A stretch of 64,000 nucleotides of DNA, taken from positions 132,541-196,540 of IMG/VR virus record IMGVR_UViG_3300027733_000030; one strand, 5' to 3'. How positions within the stretch are numbered: the stretch's first letter is position 1; every line of letters begins with the position of its first letter. A model generated the notes under the pieces. The model had not been told where the DNA came from, made no database searches, and saw nothing but the letters and a program-made list of their open reading frames with translations. Shown here piece by piece: positions 36,888 to 46,663 of this stretch. The position numbers and the translations under genes were made by a program. The DNA is from a virus.

Positions 36888-37602
36888 CGATAATTTTCAT
36901 GTGTTATACTATAAGCATGAAAAGTATAGTCAGATATGTAAACGATTATAGAGTCATATATTTACCTGACCATCTTAATGCTATTACTCATGGCAATTGG
37001 ATGGGCTGGATATATGAGCATATTGTTGTCGCTGAAAAAATGATTGGTAGACAACTTCGACATAATGAAGTTGTTCATCACTTAGATTTTAATAGATCTA
37101 ATAATAGAACTACTAATCTTATTGTTTTAGAAAGATCACAACATGCCCGTTTGCATGCATGGCTAGACGCAGGTGCCCCTGGTTGGCAACAGCCAGGTGA
37201 GAATCGGGTGAATTCAGGGAAATCTAAGTTAACTAAATCTATACTTTGCAAAGTGTGTTCTATCCAATTGCAAGGTTATCAAGATAAATACTGCTCTCAT
37301 AGTTGTGCTCAACAAGCATCTCGTAAAGTTCCTCGACCTTCTGTCGAGGAACTTGAACAAGATATATGTAGCATGACTTGGGAATCCATTGCTAGAAAAT
37401 ATGGAGTCACTTCAGGCTCTATTCGAAAATGGGCTCGCAAGTATCAGTTAATATGACAATCCTGAGCCAAGCCAAAGGTACACCTTTGGAAGGTGCAGAG
37501 ACTACTGGAGAAGTATAGTCTTCTTAATAACCAGTTACAGCTCCCGACATCCCTCTGGGATGATGATATAGTCCGCGGAGTTATGAAAATAACACAAACG
37601 TG
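36888..37602 (+). mobile_element. Group I self-splicing intron (715 nt) inserted 3' of the CAT anticodon
   Basis: 5' exon ends in U and intron ends in G; core motifs P GAATTCAGGGAAA, Q AATCCTGAGCC, R GGTGCAGAGACT, S GATATAGTCC; P3 TCGGGTG/CTCCCGA. Confidence 0.9.
36917..37456 (+). CDS. Intron-encoded HNH homing endonuclease with C-terminal Zn finger and HTH
   Basis: YEH...VHHLDFNRSNN...NL...H; CKVC...CSHSC; ATG at 36917 lies 7 nt after TGTTATACT (leaderless-type promoter). Confidence 0.88.
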   Translation: MKSIVRYVNDYRVIYLPDHLNAITHGNWMGWIYEHIVVAEKMIGRQLRHNEVVHHLDFNRSNNRTTNLIVLERSQHARLHAWLDAGAPGWQQPGENRVNSGKSKLTKSILCKVCSIQLQGYQDKYCSHSCAQQASRKVPRPSVEELEQDICSMTWESIARKYGVTSGSIRKWARKYQLI

Positions 37603-37873
37603 AATGCCTGGGTCGGGGGTTCAAGTCCCTCACGCCCCACTAGGTATTAATATGAAACCCTAAAAATAAGAATGGTTAAACCAATTACGACACAACATAT
37701 CATTCGTATCATATTAATACCTTTTTTTTTATTAAGGAGATAAAATGTCTTTAGCTAAGTTTCGTAAAATCTTCAAGGGTAACGACGAAGTTGATTATCC
37801 TGTTAAACCTAAAAAGCCAGAACAAAAACCTGAAGATACTGAACAACCAAAAGATGAAGACAAATAACTCCTA

Positions 37874-37945
37874 GCCGGATTAGCTCAGTGGTAGAGCAAC
37901 GCACTTGTAATGCGTAGGTCCTCAGTTCAATCCTGAGATCCGGCT
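37874..37945 (+). tRNA. tRNA-Thr(TGT)
   Basis: GCCGGAT/ATCCGGC; loop CT-TGT-AA. Confidence 0.93.
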
Positions 37946-38066
37946 CTAGTAGTAGCTAACATCCAGTACTCTACCATAGATGCCGGGGCAACGTAAATCG
38001 TGTATAATGTTAGTGGACCCATATCTCCCGCACGACTACTACTTTATTCTGAAAGGATAAAACAAA

Positions 38067-38480
38067 ATGAAAAAAATTATTATTGCCACAATTACTGCTC
38101 TTGCACTCACTGCTTGTGGAAGCAAGACAATCTACGTTACAAACACAGAAGCACCTGACACAACTGTCAAGGTCGTCAAGACAACTGACGCACCCATTGC
38201 AACAGCAGCACCAGCACCCGTCTACACCGATGAAGATGAGTTTATCTTTGATGTCGAAACAGGTTATGGTCGCACAATATATTTACAAGACCAAGACATG
38301 ATTGACACAGGCAACGCAACTTGCGATGCTCTTCGCAGCGGCAGTACGGCAGACGAAGTGTTCACTGCAATTATCTCATCCGCTGACGGAGACTCTAATA
38401 TTGAAGACCTTCTTGTTAATGTGGTGGCTGCTGCTGTTGTGAACTTCTGCCCTGAACAACAGTACAAGTTTGATAATTAA
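38067..38480 (+). CDS. Lipoprotein with DUF732-like domain
   Basis: Lipobox LTAC; G..TCD.L..G...AAV.NFCP. Confidence 0.7.
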   Translation: MKKIIIATITALALTACGSKTIYVTNTEAPDTTVKVVKTTDAPIATAAPAPVYTDEDEFIFDVETGYGRTIYLQDQDMIDTGNATCDALRSGSTADEVFTAIISSADGDSNIEDLLVNVVAAAVVNFCPEQQYKFDN

Positions 38481-38684
38481 ATTAGAATGAATAGGATATA
38501 CTCATGCCATACGGTTATATGAACCAACTACCACCTGGACGTCCTCGTAAACAACGTTTTTCAAATAATCGATATGTTAAATTTCTTCATAAATTTGACG
38601 CACTGTTTGTTTGGTCTCTAATGATCATTGGATCTTGGGCTTTATTCGTCGTTATTTTTTGTTTAATATTTTAGGAGTAATTAT

Positions 38685-39137
38685 ATGAATTCTTTATTGG
38701 ATATCTTTCATGCATTCTCTGATTGCTATACTAAAACAAATGGATGGGATAGTCCCGCTTCCGTTTGGTTTTGGGATAACAACCAATCTGAATGGCAGTG
38801 CGTTGAAGAGTCCTATGAAGATCCATATAACTTACTTCCAACGCTTGTCGTTCATGGCTATCATGGCATTTCTATGCTGGTAGTCCATGGATGGGCAGCG
38901 CCTTACAATGAAGGTGAAGAATATACTCGTCCCTCTCAGCACCCTGAGAAGATGAGAGTTCGCGCTTTTACCTATGTTAATAATAAAAATATCTTAACAT
39001 CCCATCAAGTAATGGGTCAACCTATTACAGAAATTGATGAAGATCCCCAAGGTGCTATCCTTGATAATATTCTTTATGGAATAGGTGAGATGGAAAGATA
39101 TTTAAACAACAAGGAAGTCCATTATGAACAAAATTGA
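38685..39137 (+). CDS. Hypothetical protein
   Basis: AGGAG RBS, 150 aa. Confidence 0.65.
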   Translation: MNSLLDIFHAFSDCYTKTNGWDSPASVWFWDNNQSEWQCVEESYEDPYNLLPTLVVHGYHGISMLVVHGWAAPYNEGEEYTRPSQHPEKMRVRAFTYVNNKNILTSHQVMGQPITEIDEDPQGAILDNILYGIGEMERYLNNKEVHYEQN

Positions 39138-39600
39138 TTCTACATTAAATAAAGCTTTTTATGTTGTTATTTTAATTTTATTAGTTCTTGGAACTATTTT
39201 AGTTTTAACTGGTTGTACTGTCACCCAAAACGATGCAACTACTACACTACAACCTATGCGCCCCACTAATGTTACTGTAGTTATTACTGATCCACAAATT
39301 ATTCCATCATTTTCTGGAACAGTCAATAATACTTATATTAAAACTGTTGAGTTCTTTTATGGAGGAACTCCACCAGTTTCAGATCAAGCCATTATGGAAT
39401 TTGGTGAGCAGTGGTGTGATTTATTAATTGGCGGCATGCAACCTGACGATGTTATCAACAGAATCTACGAAGGTGCTATTGATAATGATGACGCTCGCAT
39501 GCACTTTTCTATCGTTAACTCTGCTATAATAGAGCTTTGTCCCAGTCAAAAAAATAAGTCTGAAGAGATCGCAATTAGATCTTTTCTTCCCGAGGAATAA
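39124..39600 (+). CDS. Second lipoprotein with DUF732-like domain
   Basis: LTGC; G..WCD.L..G...SAI.ELCP. Confidence 0.65.
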   Translation: MNKIDSTLNKAFYVVILILLVLGTILVLTGCTVTQNDATTTLQPMRPTNVTVVITDPQIIPSFSGTVNNTYIKTVEFFYGGTPPVSDQAIMEFGEQWCDLLIGGMQPDDVINRIYEGAIDNDDARMHFSIVNSAIIELCPSQKNKSEEIAIRSFLPEE

Positions 39601-39602
39601 CA

Positions 39603-39863
39603 ATGATTATTGATTTACCTAATGATGATCCTATCATCTTGAATAAAAATCGATCTGGATTTTTATTTGATCAAAAAGGATTAGCTCATTTTTTTGATAA
39701 TCTTGACTACGCAGAAGATAACGCAGAGTGGCCTGAACATGTTGGACCCTTTTATCTTTTATATTCTCACACATCGAATTCAGTTCCTACTATGATAGGA
39801 ATTGAAGTCTCTGATGTTCAATCTATTACATTCAATCGAATACGTGGGCTAGAAGAAATCTAA
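39603..39863 (+). CDS. Hypothetical protein
   Basis: 86-aa ORF. Confidence 0.55.
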   Translation: MIIDLPNDDPIILNKNRSGFLFDQKGLAHFFDNLDYAEDNAEWPEHVGPFYLLYSHTSNSVPTMIGIEVSDVQSITFNRIRGLEEI

Positions 39864-39872
39864 ACTCTTCTA

Positions 39873-39947
39873 GCCCTCGTCGTCTACTGGTTAAGACAAC
39901 ACTCTTATAAAGTGTTTAACGGAGTTCAATTCTCCGCGGGGGTACCA
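39873..39947 (+). tRNA. tRNA-Ile(TAT)
   Basis: GCCCTCG/CGGGGGT; ACACT-CTTATAA-AGTGT; encoded CCA. Confidence 0.85.
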
Positions 39948-39952
39948 CACAT

Positions 39953-40246
39953 ATGTCTTATTCATCTACTGATTATGACGACAAGATTGATGACTCTGAT
40001 ATCTTTCTTATTCCAACTTATCTTTACAAGTTATATGATCAAAATAATAAATTACTTTATATCGGTATAACTACTGACTATAAAGTTAGATTTAAGAATC
40101 ATGCAAATAATCAGTCATGGTGGAATAAAGTATCTAGACATTGGATTAAAAAATATCCCTCTAGAACATCAGCTCTTCGAGCAGAGAAAAGAATAATTGC
40201 TCGTCAAAAACCTAAGTACAATATTACTTACAATAGTCAAGTTTAA
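39953..40246 (+). CDS. GIY-YIG nuclease-domain protein
   Basis: LYKLY...LLYIGIT...RFKNH...ALRAE...PKYN. Confidence 0.85.
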   Translation: MSYSSTDYDDKIDDSDIFLIPTYLYKLYDQNNKLLYIGITTDYKVRFKNHANNQSWWNKVSRHWIKKYPSRTSALRAEKRIIARQKPKYNITYNSQV

Positions 40247-40258
40247 GGAGAAATAATC

Positions 40259-40531
40259 ATGGATCCACTTGAATACTTTGATGAAGAATATCAGAATTTA
40301 AATAATTCTATTAGTGAAATAAATTCTTTATTTTTACAATCAAAAGATAGTTATGTTAAGTTTGCTAACTTACAACAAGATGTTTTCTCTTTGTTGGATA
40401 ATAAAGAATTATCCATAGAAAATATTAACAAAGCTCTCAGATTACTTGAAGAGTTCATGCACAACTGCGGAGAATTATTAACGACAGTTGAATCTTCTTA
40501 CAATATTATTCATAACATTAAAAACAAGTAA
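40259..40531 (+). CDS. Coiled-coil hypothetical protein
   Basis: AAGGAG RBS. Confidence 0.6.
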   Translation: MDPLEYFDEEYQNLNNSISEINSLFLQSKDSYVKFANLQQDVFSLLDNKELSIENINKALRLLEEFMHNCGELLTTVESSYNIIHNIKNK

Positions 40532-40539
40532 GGTTAGCA

Positions 40540-41016
40540 ATGACTACTACAAGATATCCTAAACCTAAAGGATCCCTTCGAATGACTGAAGAAAATGATA
40601 TTCCTATTAATATTCAATGGCGAGAAAAAGCAGCCTGCAAAGGTGAATCAATAGATTCATTTTTCCCAGTCGCTATCACTAAAGCGAACATAGAAGAAAC
40701 AACAAGAATTTATTCTCTGTGTGAACGATGCCCTGTTATCGTAGACTGCATGCATGAAGCTTTGCTCCGGGAATACGATGGCATCTGGGCTCGTAGTACA
40801 GCTAAACAGCGTCAAAGTTATGTGAGACATGTACTTCATAATAATGTTGAATCTTTAACTCGAGAACAAACTAAAATCTTTGTTGATGATTTATGTCGTA
40901 GAGCTATTACTCCCACTAAAATTTATGTCAAAAGAAATAACTCTAAAATTATCTATGAACCTACAGAAGAACCATCAAAGACACAGTCAGATTCTTCTAA
41001 CGATAAGGATATATAA
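40540..41016 (+). CDS. whiB: WhiB-family Fe-S transcription factor
   Basis: WREKAAC...FFP...LCERCPV..DC...GIWAR.T..QR. Confidence 0.85.
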   Translation: MTTTRYPKPKGSLRMTEENDIPINIQWREKAACKGESIDSFFPVAITKANIEETTRIYSLCERCPVIVDCMHEALLREYDGIWARSTAKQRQSYVRHVLHNNVESLTREQTKIFVDDLCRRAITPTKIYVKRNNSKIIYEPTEEPSKTQSDSSNDKDI

Positions 41017-41018
41017 TT

Positions 41019-41777
41019 ATGTCTAGTCATATTTCTGATAATGATAATGATCTATTTGATTATGATCCAGATCAAGAAACTAAAACTTCTTATACCTCAA
41101 ATGACTCTGAGGATATTTTAAATGTAAATGATTATTCTACTCGTGAATATCGTTTACTTAAAGACATTCAATCCCACTTTAAAAATTCTACAGCTGGCTC
41201 TCTTGATGGCGGTAAAGTCAAATTAGCTATGGGCTTCCATGAAGCTACTAATAATTTCTTGCAGGATGTAATTCCCCAAGCAGCTATGAAGTCCATGATA
41301 GTAGCATTAGACTCTGTTACTGAAGGAAACTATTCTTTATTAAATCTTTTTTATAAGACAGAGATGCGCATTTCTAGAAGAATGACTTTTCTTTCTTTGT
41401 TCAATGATATATTTGCTGAAGGTGAAATATCAGATACATTCAGTAAAGCATTAATTGATATCCTTAATTTAGACTTTAATGATCTTTATGTCCGCGCTTG
41501 TTTCACATCATCTATGTCTATTTGTAATCACGCTCTTATTTTAGATCGTGCAACTTATAGAATACTTGCTGAAAAATTAGATCTTCCTATTAAAGAATTT
41601 TTATTTGTTAATCCATCCGATATGCAAGATGAAGATGAACATGATATTTACTATTCAGATTTCATGAAAGATGTTACTTCTAACATTAACAATATGTTAG
41701 CAAATCTTGGTTTAACAGATCTACTTGCCAAAGAGTTTTCTACTCCTGTTGTATATAAAAAAACAGATGAAAAATAA
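41019..41777 (+). CDS. Acidic hypothetical protein
   Basis: 252-aa ORF. Confidence 0.7.
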   Translation: MSSHISDNDNDLFDYDPDQETKTSYTSNDSEDILNVNDYSTREYRLLKDIQSHFKNSTAGSLDGGKVKLAMGFHEATNNFLQDVIPQAAMKSMIVALDSVTEGNYSLLNLFYKTEMRISRRMTFLSLFNDIFAEGEISDTFSKALIDILNLDFNDLYVRACFTSSMSICNHALILDRATYRILAEKLDLPIKEFLFVNPSDMQDEDEHDIYYSDFMKDVTSNINNMLANLGLTDLLAKEFSTPVVYKKTDEK

Positions 41778-42219
41778 ATTCTTTAAAAAGATTCCACAAT
41801 CATTTTATACAGTATTTAGTCTAGCTGCTGTTGCTGCAGTTAACTATTCTATTATACATAGTTCTATAGTATTTATATTTTTAATGGTTCTTTTAGCTCA
41901 CGAATTAGGTCATTATTTTGTAGCTAAAAAACACAACGCTAAACCTAAGCTTCCTATATTTATACCTTTACCATTTTTTGTTATAGGTTTAACTAGGATA
42001 TCTAAGCTAGCACCACGTGCCCAAAAGAATGTTGCCTTCTACGGTCCATTCGTTGGGTTCCTTACTACATTATTTTTAATCTTACTTAATGGTATCTTTA
42101 ACTTTATGCCCTACGCACCGTTATTGTTTTTGTTATTTACAGAAACAGTTCTAAATTATTTTGGATCTGATGGTGCCAAATACCGAAAAGCTAAGAGGAG
42201 TACTTACTCATGTATCTAA
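41767..42219 (+). CDS. M50 (site-2 protease-like) membrane metallopeptidase domain
   Basis: LLAHELGH in a hydrophobic segment; VAFYGP; ATG at 41767. Confidence 0.7.
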   Translation: MKNKFFKKIPQSFYTVFSLAAVAAVNYSIIHSSIVFIFLMVLLAHELGHYFVAKKHNAKPKLPIFIPLPFFVIGLTRISKLAPRAQKNVAFYGPFVGFLTTLFLILLNGIFNFMPYAPLLFLLFTETVLNYFGSDGAKYRKAKRSTYSCI

Positions 42220-42440
42220 TTATGTTTCCATTTATCATTGCCGGACTTACTGCTAAAATTAAAAACAATAAGTTCCGAAAGAATCCAAATACTGTTGTTG
42301 AACATTCAAATCAAGAAACTGAAATTGAATATATTTTGAAAACATTTGAAGACCAATTAAACTCAACCGAAATATGGGGATCTTTAACAGATGAAAAAGG
42401 ATTATTCAAACCGGAAACAAGAACTACAGTTAAAAATTAA
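42210..42440 (+). CDS. Small membrane-anchored protein
   Basis: 76-aa ORF. Confidence 0.5.
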   Translation: MYLIMFPFIIAGLTAKIKNNKFRKNPNTVVEHSNQETEIEYILKTFEDQLNSTEIWGSLTDEKGLFKPETRTTVKN

Positions 42441-42614
42441 TAATTTTCTTGAAGATAACTATTTAGACATACAAGGTCTTTCACCTGGTATGGGTTCTCT
42501 AGATGAAGCTTATCTTGCTAGAGTCCTTACAAAATTAGCAGTAGGATCAGCAACTGTTTGGTGGTCTTTACTTGAAGTAAAAGAATTCATAACTCTACAC
42601 AGAAAGAATAAGTT

Positions 42615-43004
42615 ATGACTAATCATGAAAATTCATCTTCAAAAATGAATAATTTTAATTTCTCATTTGCTCTTGCAAATAAAGCTAAGGTTGATATTCA
42701 ATCTGAATATTCTACTCTTGAAGAAAGAATCTCTAATATTACTGATTCTGAAAAATTTTATGTTAATGGTTTTCCAGTCTTAAAAAATATACTCATGCTT
42801 CAACCTAAAAAATCTGATCTCAAGAAACTAGCTAAAGCTATGGATCGATTGGCAGATCTTATTGAAATATATGAAGAAGCTCAATCTAAACTTTCTGTTA
42901 TCGAAGCTGTTCAAAAAGATCCGAACTGGTTTGCTTGGACTTTTGGAGATTTCACACAAGAAATCGACCAAGACATTGAACAACTTTTTAATACTAAAGA
43001 TTAA
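42615..43004 (+). CDS. Hypothetical protein
   Basis: 129-aa ORF. Confidence 0.6.
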   Translation: MTNHENSSSKMNNFNFSFALANKAKVDIQSEYSTLEERISNITDSEKFYVNGFPVLKNILMLQPKKSDLKKLAKAMDRLADLIEIYEEAQSKLSVIEAVQKDPNWFAWTFGDFTQEIDQDIEQLFNTKD

Positions 43005-43025
43005 CTATAATAAGGGATTATACAT

Positions 43026-45005
43026 ATGAGTAATGTTAACTATTCTTTTACAGATCAAGATAGCAATGGAAATATAGTATTTAGATCAACTGTTAATTCA
43101 TTTGGCCTGGATCATGTTACTGATAAAGATCTTACTTCTTTTTATACGAAGTTTTCATCCAATGCTTATCTTGATACTGGCCTACTACCAGTAGATGGTT
43201 CTGGTCTTTTGGCCATTAGATCAGCTGGTAATCATACCCAAATTGCCTATCAGCATAAGCCTGGCATGTACTACATTAACTGGGGTAGATATGAAAGAGA
43301 TGCTGAAGCAAAAAAGTACTATGTTGCTCAGCCTTATAGAATAGTTATTGCTGATCTTCTCAATGATAACATTCTAGGAGCTAGAACATTCTATTCTCCT
43401 ATTCCCATTACCTATCCTCAAACTCCTTTATATCATATCAATGTTCCCAACATTAACTGCAAAGGTTATCGGGGAAATGCTGTAGGTTGGATTTGTTTAT
43501 ATCATACAGAAGACATTTCTCAGTATCCATTCAATGAGAAGCTCGCTAAAATTCTTGATCGTTGTTCAGGAACTGAAGCTTATAATGACAATAATATGAG
43601 TGAGACCGATGGTCCTCGTTTTTATCGTGATAATAATAAGCCGGAGCATCTTACTAATCCACAGGCTTGGGAAGATTATTCAGATAAAAATGGATACGAA
43701 TGGACTCTTGATCCTGAAGTATGGATTCCTATCTTAGTCCAAGACATTGATCATCAGGATCAGCATTACGCTGGTGGCCAACCACTTACTTTCGTTGACG
43801 CCTTGTTTGGCAATTACCAAGCATACTATACAGATTCACTTATTCCAAAGCCTATTAATGCTATCTCCAGAGATGATCTTACTTTAGATCCCACTTCTGT
43901 ATTTAGATGGTTTAAGCAGTCATATAATGCGTCATCTGAAACTAATGCAACTATTGATACTTTCAATTCTAGTACAACTGTTCGTGAAGCTTTGTCTCAA
44001 GCTGCTCCCGCATTTGTTGCTAATCAAGACGAAGACGAAGAAGAGGATGAAGACGATGATGAAGAAACTCATATGTGTCAACAATGTGAATCTTGGTATC
44101 CTCCAGATGACGTTGTTGAAGTTTATAATCATGAATTAATTTGCAATTCATGTATCTCAAATTCATATACATTTGTCAATCATATTGACAATTATGTAGA
44201 CGATGATCATGAAGAGTTATACTACGATGAAACTCTTGCTCGTCATTATTATCTGCCCGACTGGCCTTACCATATCAGTTGCCCTACCTGTGATCATCTA
44301 CATATCTACGATCCAGGTATGGCATTTAATAAAGAAAATCTAAACATCTGGCATTCTAATAGTTCTTTTGCTCCAGATCGTTGCACTGAATGTATTGATA
44401 AATACATTTATGTATCTGAAGGTATAGCTTATAATTCATGCAAGTGCTCAAACTGTGATACAAATGTTCCCAATTTGGCTACTTCAATTTTTTCTGTTTA
44501 TTATCGCACCGACGAAGAAGGATTGCAACGCCCTCTTTGCACTACATGCGCTTTAAGAATGAAGCTTATAAATAAACCTCTCAATATTGATTTAACTAAT
44601 AAAATTGAGTGGAACCATTCTGAACAGACTGTTGAAGAATCTATTCATCTATGTATTTGTGGTGTTGAAAATGACACATTTCTTAATTTAGATTCTCTCA
44701 AAATTTCTCATCCTTCATTTTTATTCACTGCAAAAAGTACAACTGCAGACATCATTAATGCTCATCCAACATTAGTTACAAATCCAACTGGAATTGATTG
44801 GGATGACAATAATGAAGTTTTTATCTATGACGTATCTGTTGATAAGTTATGCTCAACTTGTTGGTCACAATATTCTCAGGATGCTGGGTATTATTATAAC
44901 CAAATTAAACCTAATGTTGTAGATCTTTTTCAAAAACTACATGATAACAATCAAAGCTTCGAAACCATTTCTGGATTGCACATTCAGAAAGCTGAAATAT
45001 TTTAG
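43026..45005 (+). CDS. Prokaryotic E2-like (family D/PRTRC-B-like) domain fused to an acidic linker and a Cys-rich multi-Zn-finger region
   Basis: PYRIVI...LYHINVPNINC...GWICL (Cys 43494); DEDEEEDEDDDEE; multiple CxxC. Confidence 0.7.
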   Translation: MSNVNYSFTDQDSNGNIVFRSTVNSFGLDHVTDKDLTSFYTKFSSNAYLDTGLLPVDGSGLLAIRSAGNHTQIAYQHKPGMYYINWGRYERDAEAKKYYVAQPYRIVIADLLNDNILGARTFYSPIPITYPQTPLYHINVPNINCKGYRGNAVGWICLYHTEDISQYPFNEKLAKILDRCSGTEAYNDNNMSETDGPRFYRDNNKPEHLTNPQAWEDYSDKNGYEWTLDPEVWIPILVQDIDHQDQHYAGGQPLTFVDALFGNYQAYYTDSLIPKPINAISRDDLTLDPTSVFRWFKQSYNASSETNATIDTFNSSTTVREALSQAAPAFVANQDEDEEEDEDDDEETHMCQQCESWYPPDDVVEVYNHELICNSCISNSYTFVNHIDNYVDDDHEELYYDETLARHYYLPDWPYHISCPTCDHLHIYDPGMAFNKENLNIWHSNSSFAPDRCTECIDKYIYVSEGIAYNSCKCSNCDTNVPNLATSIFSVYYRTDEEGLQRPLCTTCALRMKLINKPLNIDLTNKIEWNHSEQTVEESIHLCICGVENDTFLNLDSLKISHPSFLFTAKSTTADIINAHPTLVTNPTGIDWDDNNEVFIYDVSVDKLCSTCWSQYSQDAGYYYNQIKPNVVDLFQKLHDNNQSFETISGLHIQKAEIF

Positions 45006-45013
45006 GAGAATAT

Positions 45014-46663
45014 ATGTCTGAAGAAATTGAACAAGAACTCACTCTTGACGATTTAGATTACTACTGGATGTCTAATGGTCTTCCAGTATTCATGGCTAAT
45101 CGTGAAGATATCTGTGAAGTTGTAGAATATTTTGGTTTTAATATTTATTATCTTCTTGGTAATATTGAAAAAACAACAACAACTACTCCCCCATCAAATA
45201 CAACTTACAAAGCTGCTAATACTCCTGCTCCCGCTGCAGTTAAAGTAACAACATCAAACATGCAATTGTTTAAGGTTGTCAATAACTTTGTTGGTCGTAC
45301 TGTTACTCCTTCTGCTGAATCATTTGATCCTCAGTTTATTGCGGTGCAAGAAGAAGCTACTTATAATATGCCACCCATTCCTCACGTTCTTGTTGATAAA
45401 CTCGATCAGTTCTTTAGACTTGTCGATGCACAACATGGATCTGAATCTATTGTCATGCTTACCTATGATCTTGAAAAAGAAGGATCTGAAGGTTGGGGCA
45501 TTCTTGTTCCAGATCAAACTAATACTTCAGTCCATTGCAACTATGATCCCAATAGTATTGCTGAAGTTAAGCCTGATAATGTTATGATTGTTGGCTCTGT
45601 TCACAGCCATCCTGGAATGAGCGCCTATGCTTCTGGAACAGACCATAAAGATCAAGCTGATTTCGATGGTATTCACATTACATTTGGCTGGCAGAAGTCT
45701 GTTCAAAATGGAGCGACTCAATACTATGCTGAAATGCAGATGTCAGGACAAGCATATAAACTTGATATCGAGGATGTCTTTGAAGATTATGTTGTCGAAA
45801 AAGCACCAGATCCAGAAGTTGTAGCTTGGACCGGTAAAGTAAAAAAAGCACTCCCCCCCAGTACGGTGGGGGGATCACTCACTCCAGTAAATGGAACCCA
45901 TCAGGCGGGTACGCAGGCTGGTACAGCTGATCACAGAAAGAAGCAAGCATTATCTTTTAGATGTATTCCAGAATTCAATCTTGAAGACAATGCCATTATT
46001 GTAGCAGAATTAGATGATGAACAAAACAAACTCTTTACATGCCCATCTTGCCAAACATCTCTTGACGAGTATGATATTTTTGACGGTAGCTGCTGTGTTT
46101 GTGACGTACCCATTGCTGAAAAGAACACAAACGTAGCAACTCTTATCGACAATCTTGCATACTATTGCACTAGAAATGGTATTGATAAGAAGGCTCCCGC
46201 TTACTTATGGTGTAGAGATGCTAATAATTTAGATTTCATTATTCGATTAACTCCCACAACACTGCTCAATTCTATCTTTACAGATCCTCATCTAGATGAT
46301 TCTTATATGATTTTAGAAAATACTTTAGAATCCGTAGTTGATGATGACATCTTCACCGTATGCTGCGGAAGAACAATGCAAGACGCTGAACAACTTTGCT
46401 ATTGCAAAGTGCAGATTCTTACATCTGATTTTGTAGATTTCGAAGAAGAAACAAAAACAATTCAAGTCTATGATCTGTCTACCGGATGTGCTAATTGTGA
46501 ATTCTTTTATGATACACACTGTCCGGAATATATAAAACTTATAGAAAAATTTGTAAGTAATAGGTCTACAGATATTTATTCATTTGAAGAAGCAATTTCT
46601 ATTCAAGAATGTAATAGCTATCTGCCCTATAGTGCAAATATATATAACCCCTTGGAGGCGTAA
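45014..46663 (+). CDS. JAB/MPN+ metallo-isopeptidase with C-terminal Cys-rich region
   Basis: E...GSVHSHPGMSAYASGTD (HSH at 45602-45610), GIHITFG. Confidence 0.88.
   Translation: MSEEIEQELTLDDLDYYWMSNGLPVFMANREDICEVVEYFGFNIYYLLGNIEKTTTTTPPSNTTYKAANTPAPAAVKVTTSNMQLFKVVNNFVGRTVTPSAESFDPQFIAVQEEATYNMPPIPHVLVDKLDQFFRLVDAQHGSESIVMLTYDLEKEGSEGWGILVPDQTNTSVHCNYDPNSIAEVKPDNVMIVGSVHSHPGMSAYASGTDHKDQADFDGIHITFGWQKSVQNGATQYYAEMQMSGQAYKLDIEDVFEDYVVEKAPDPEVVAWTGKVKKALPPSTVGGSLTPVNGTHQAGTQAGTADHRKKQALSFRCIPEFNLEDNAIIVAELDDEQNKLFTCPSCQTSLDEYDIFDGSCCVCDVPIAEKNTNVATLIDNLAYYCTRNGIDKKAPAYLWCRDANNLDFIIRLTPTTLLNSIFTDPHLDDSYMILENTLESVVDDDIFTVCCGRTMQDAEQLCYCKVQILTSDFVDFEEETKTIQVYDLSTGCANCEFFYDTHCPEYIKLIEKFVSNRSTDIYSFEEAISIQECNSYLPYSANIYNPLEA

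Larger units (their letters stand above)
36851..37639 (+). tRNA. tRNA(CAT) (Ile2 or elongator Met) split by an intron; exons 36851-36887 and 37603-37639
   Basis: Joined exons give GGGGCGT/ACGCCCC, AGGCA-CTCATAA-TGCCT and a GGTTCAAGT T-loop; G1-C72 pair argues against initiator. Confidence 0.9.

Noticed and set aside
36812-36916. GTG start extending the HNH ORF to 214 aa
   Set aside because: It would translate through the tRNA 5' exon; ATG 36917 with its own -10 box is more plausible
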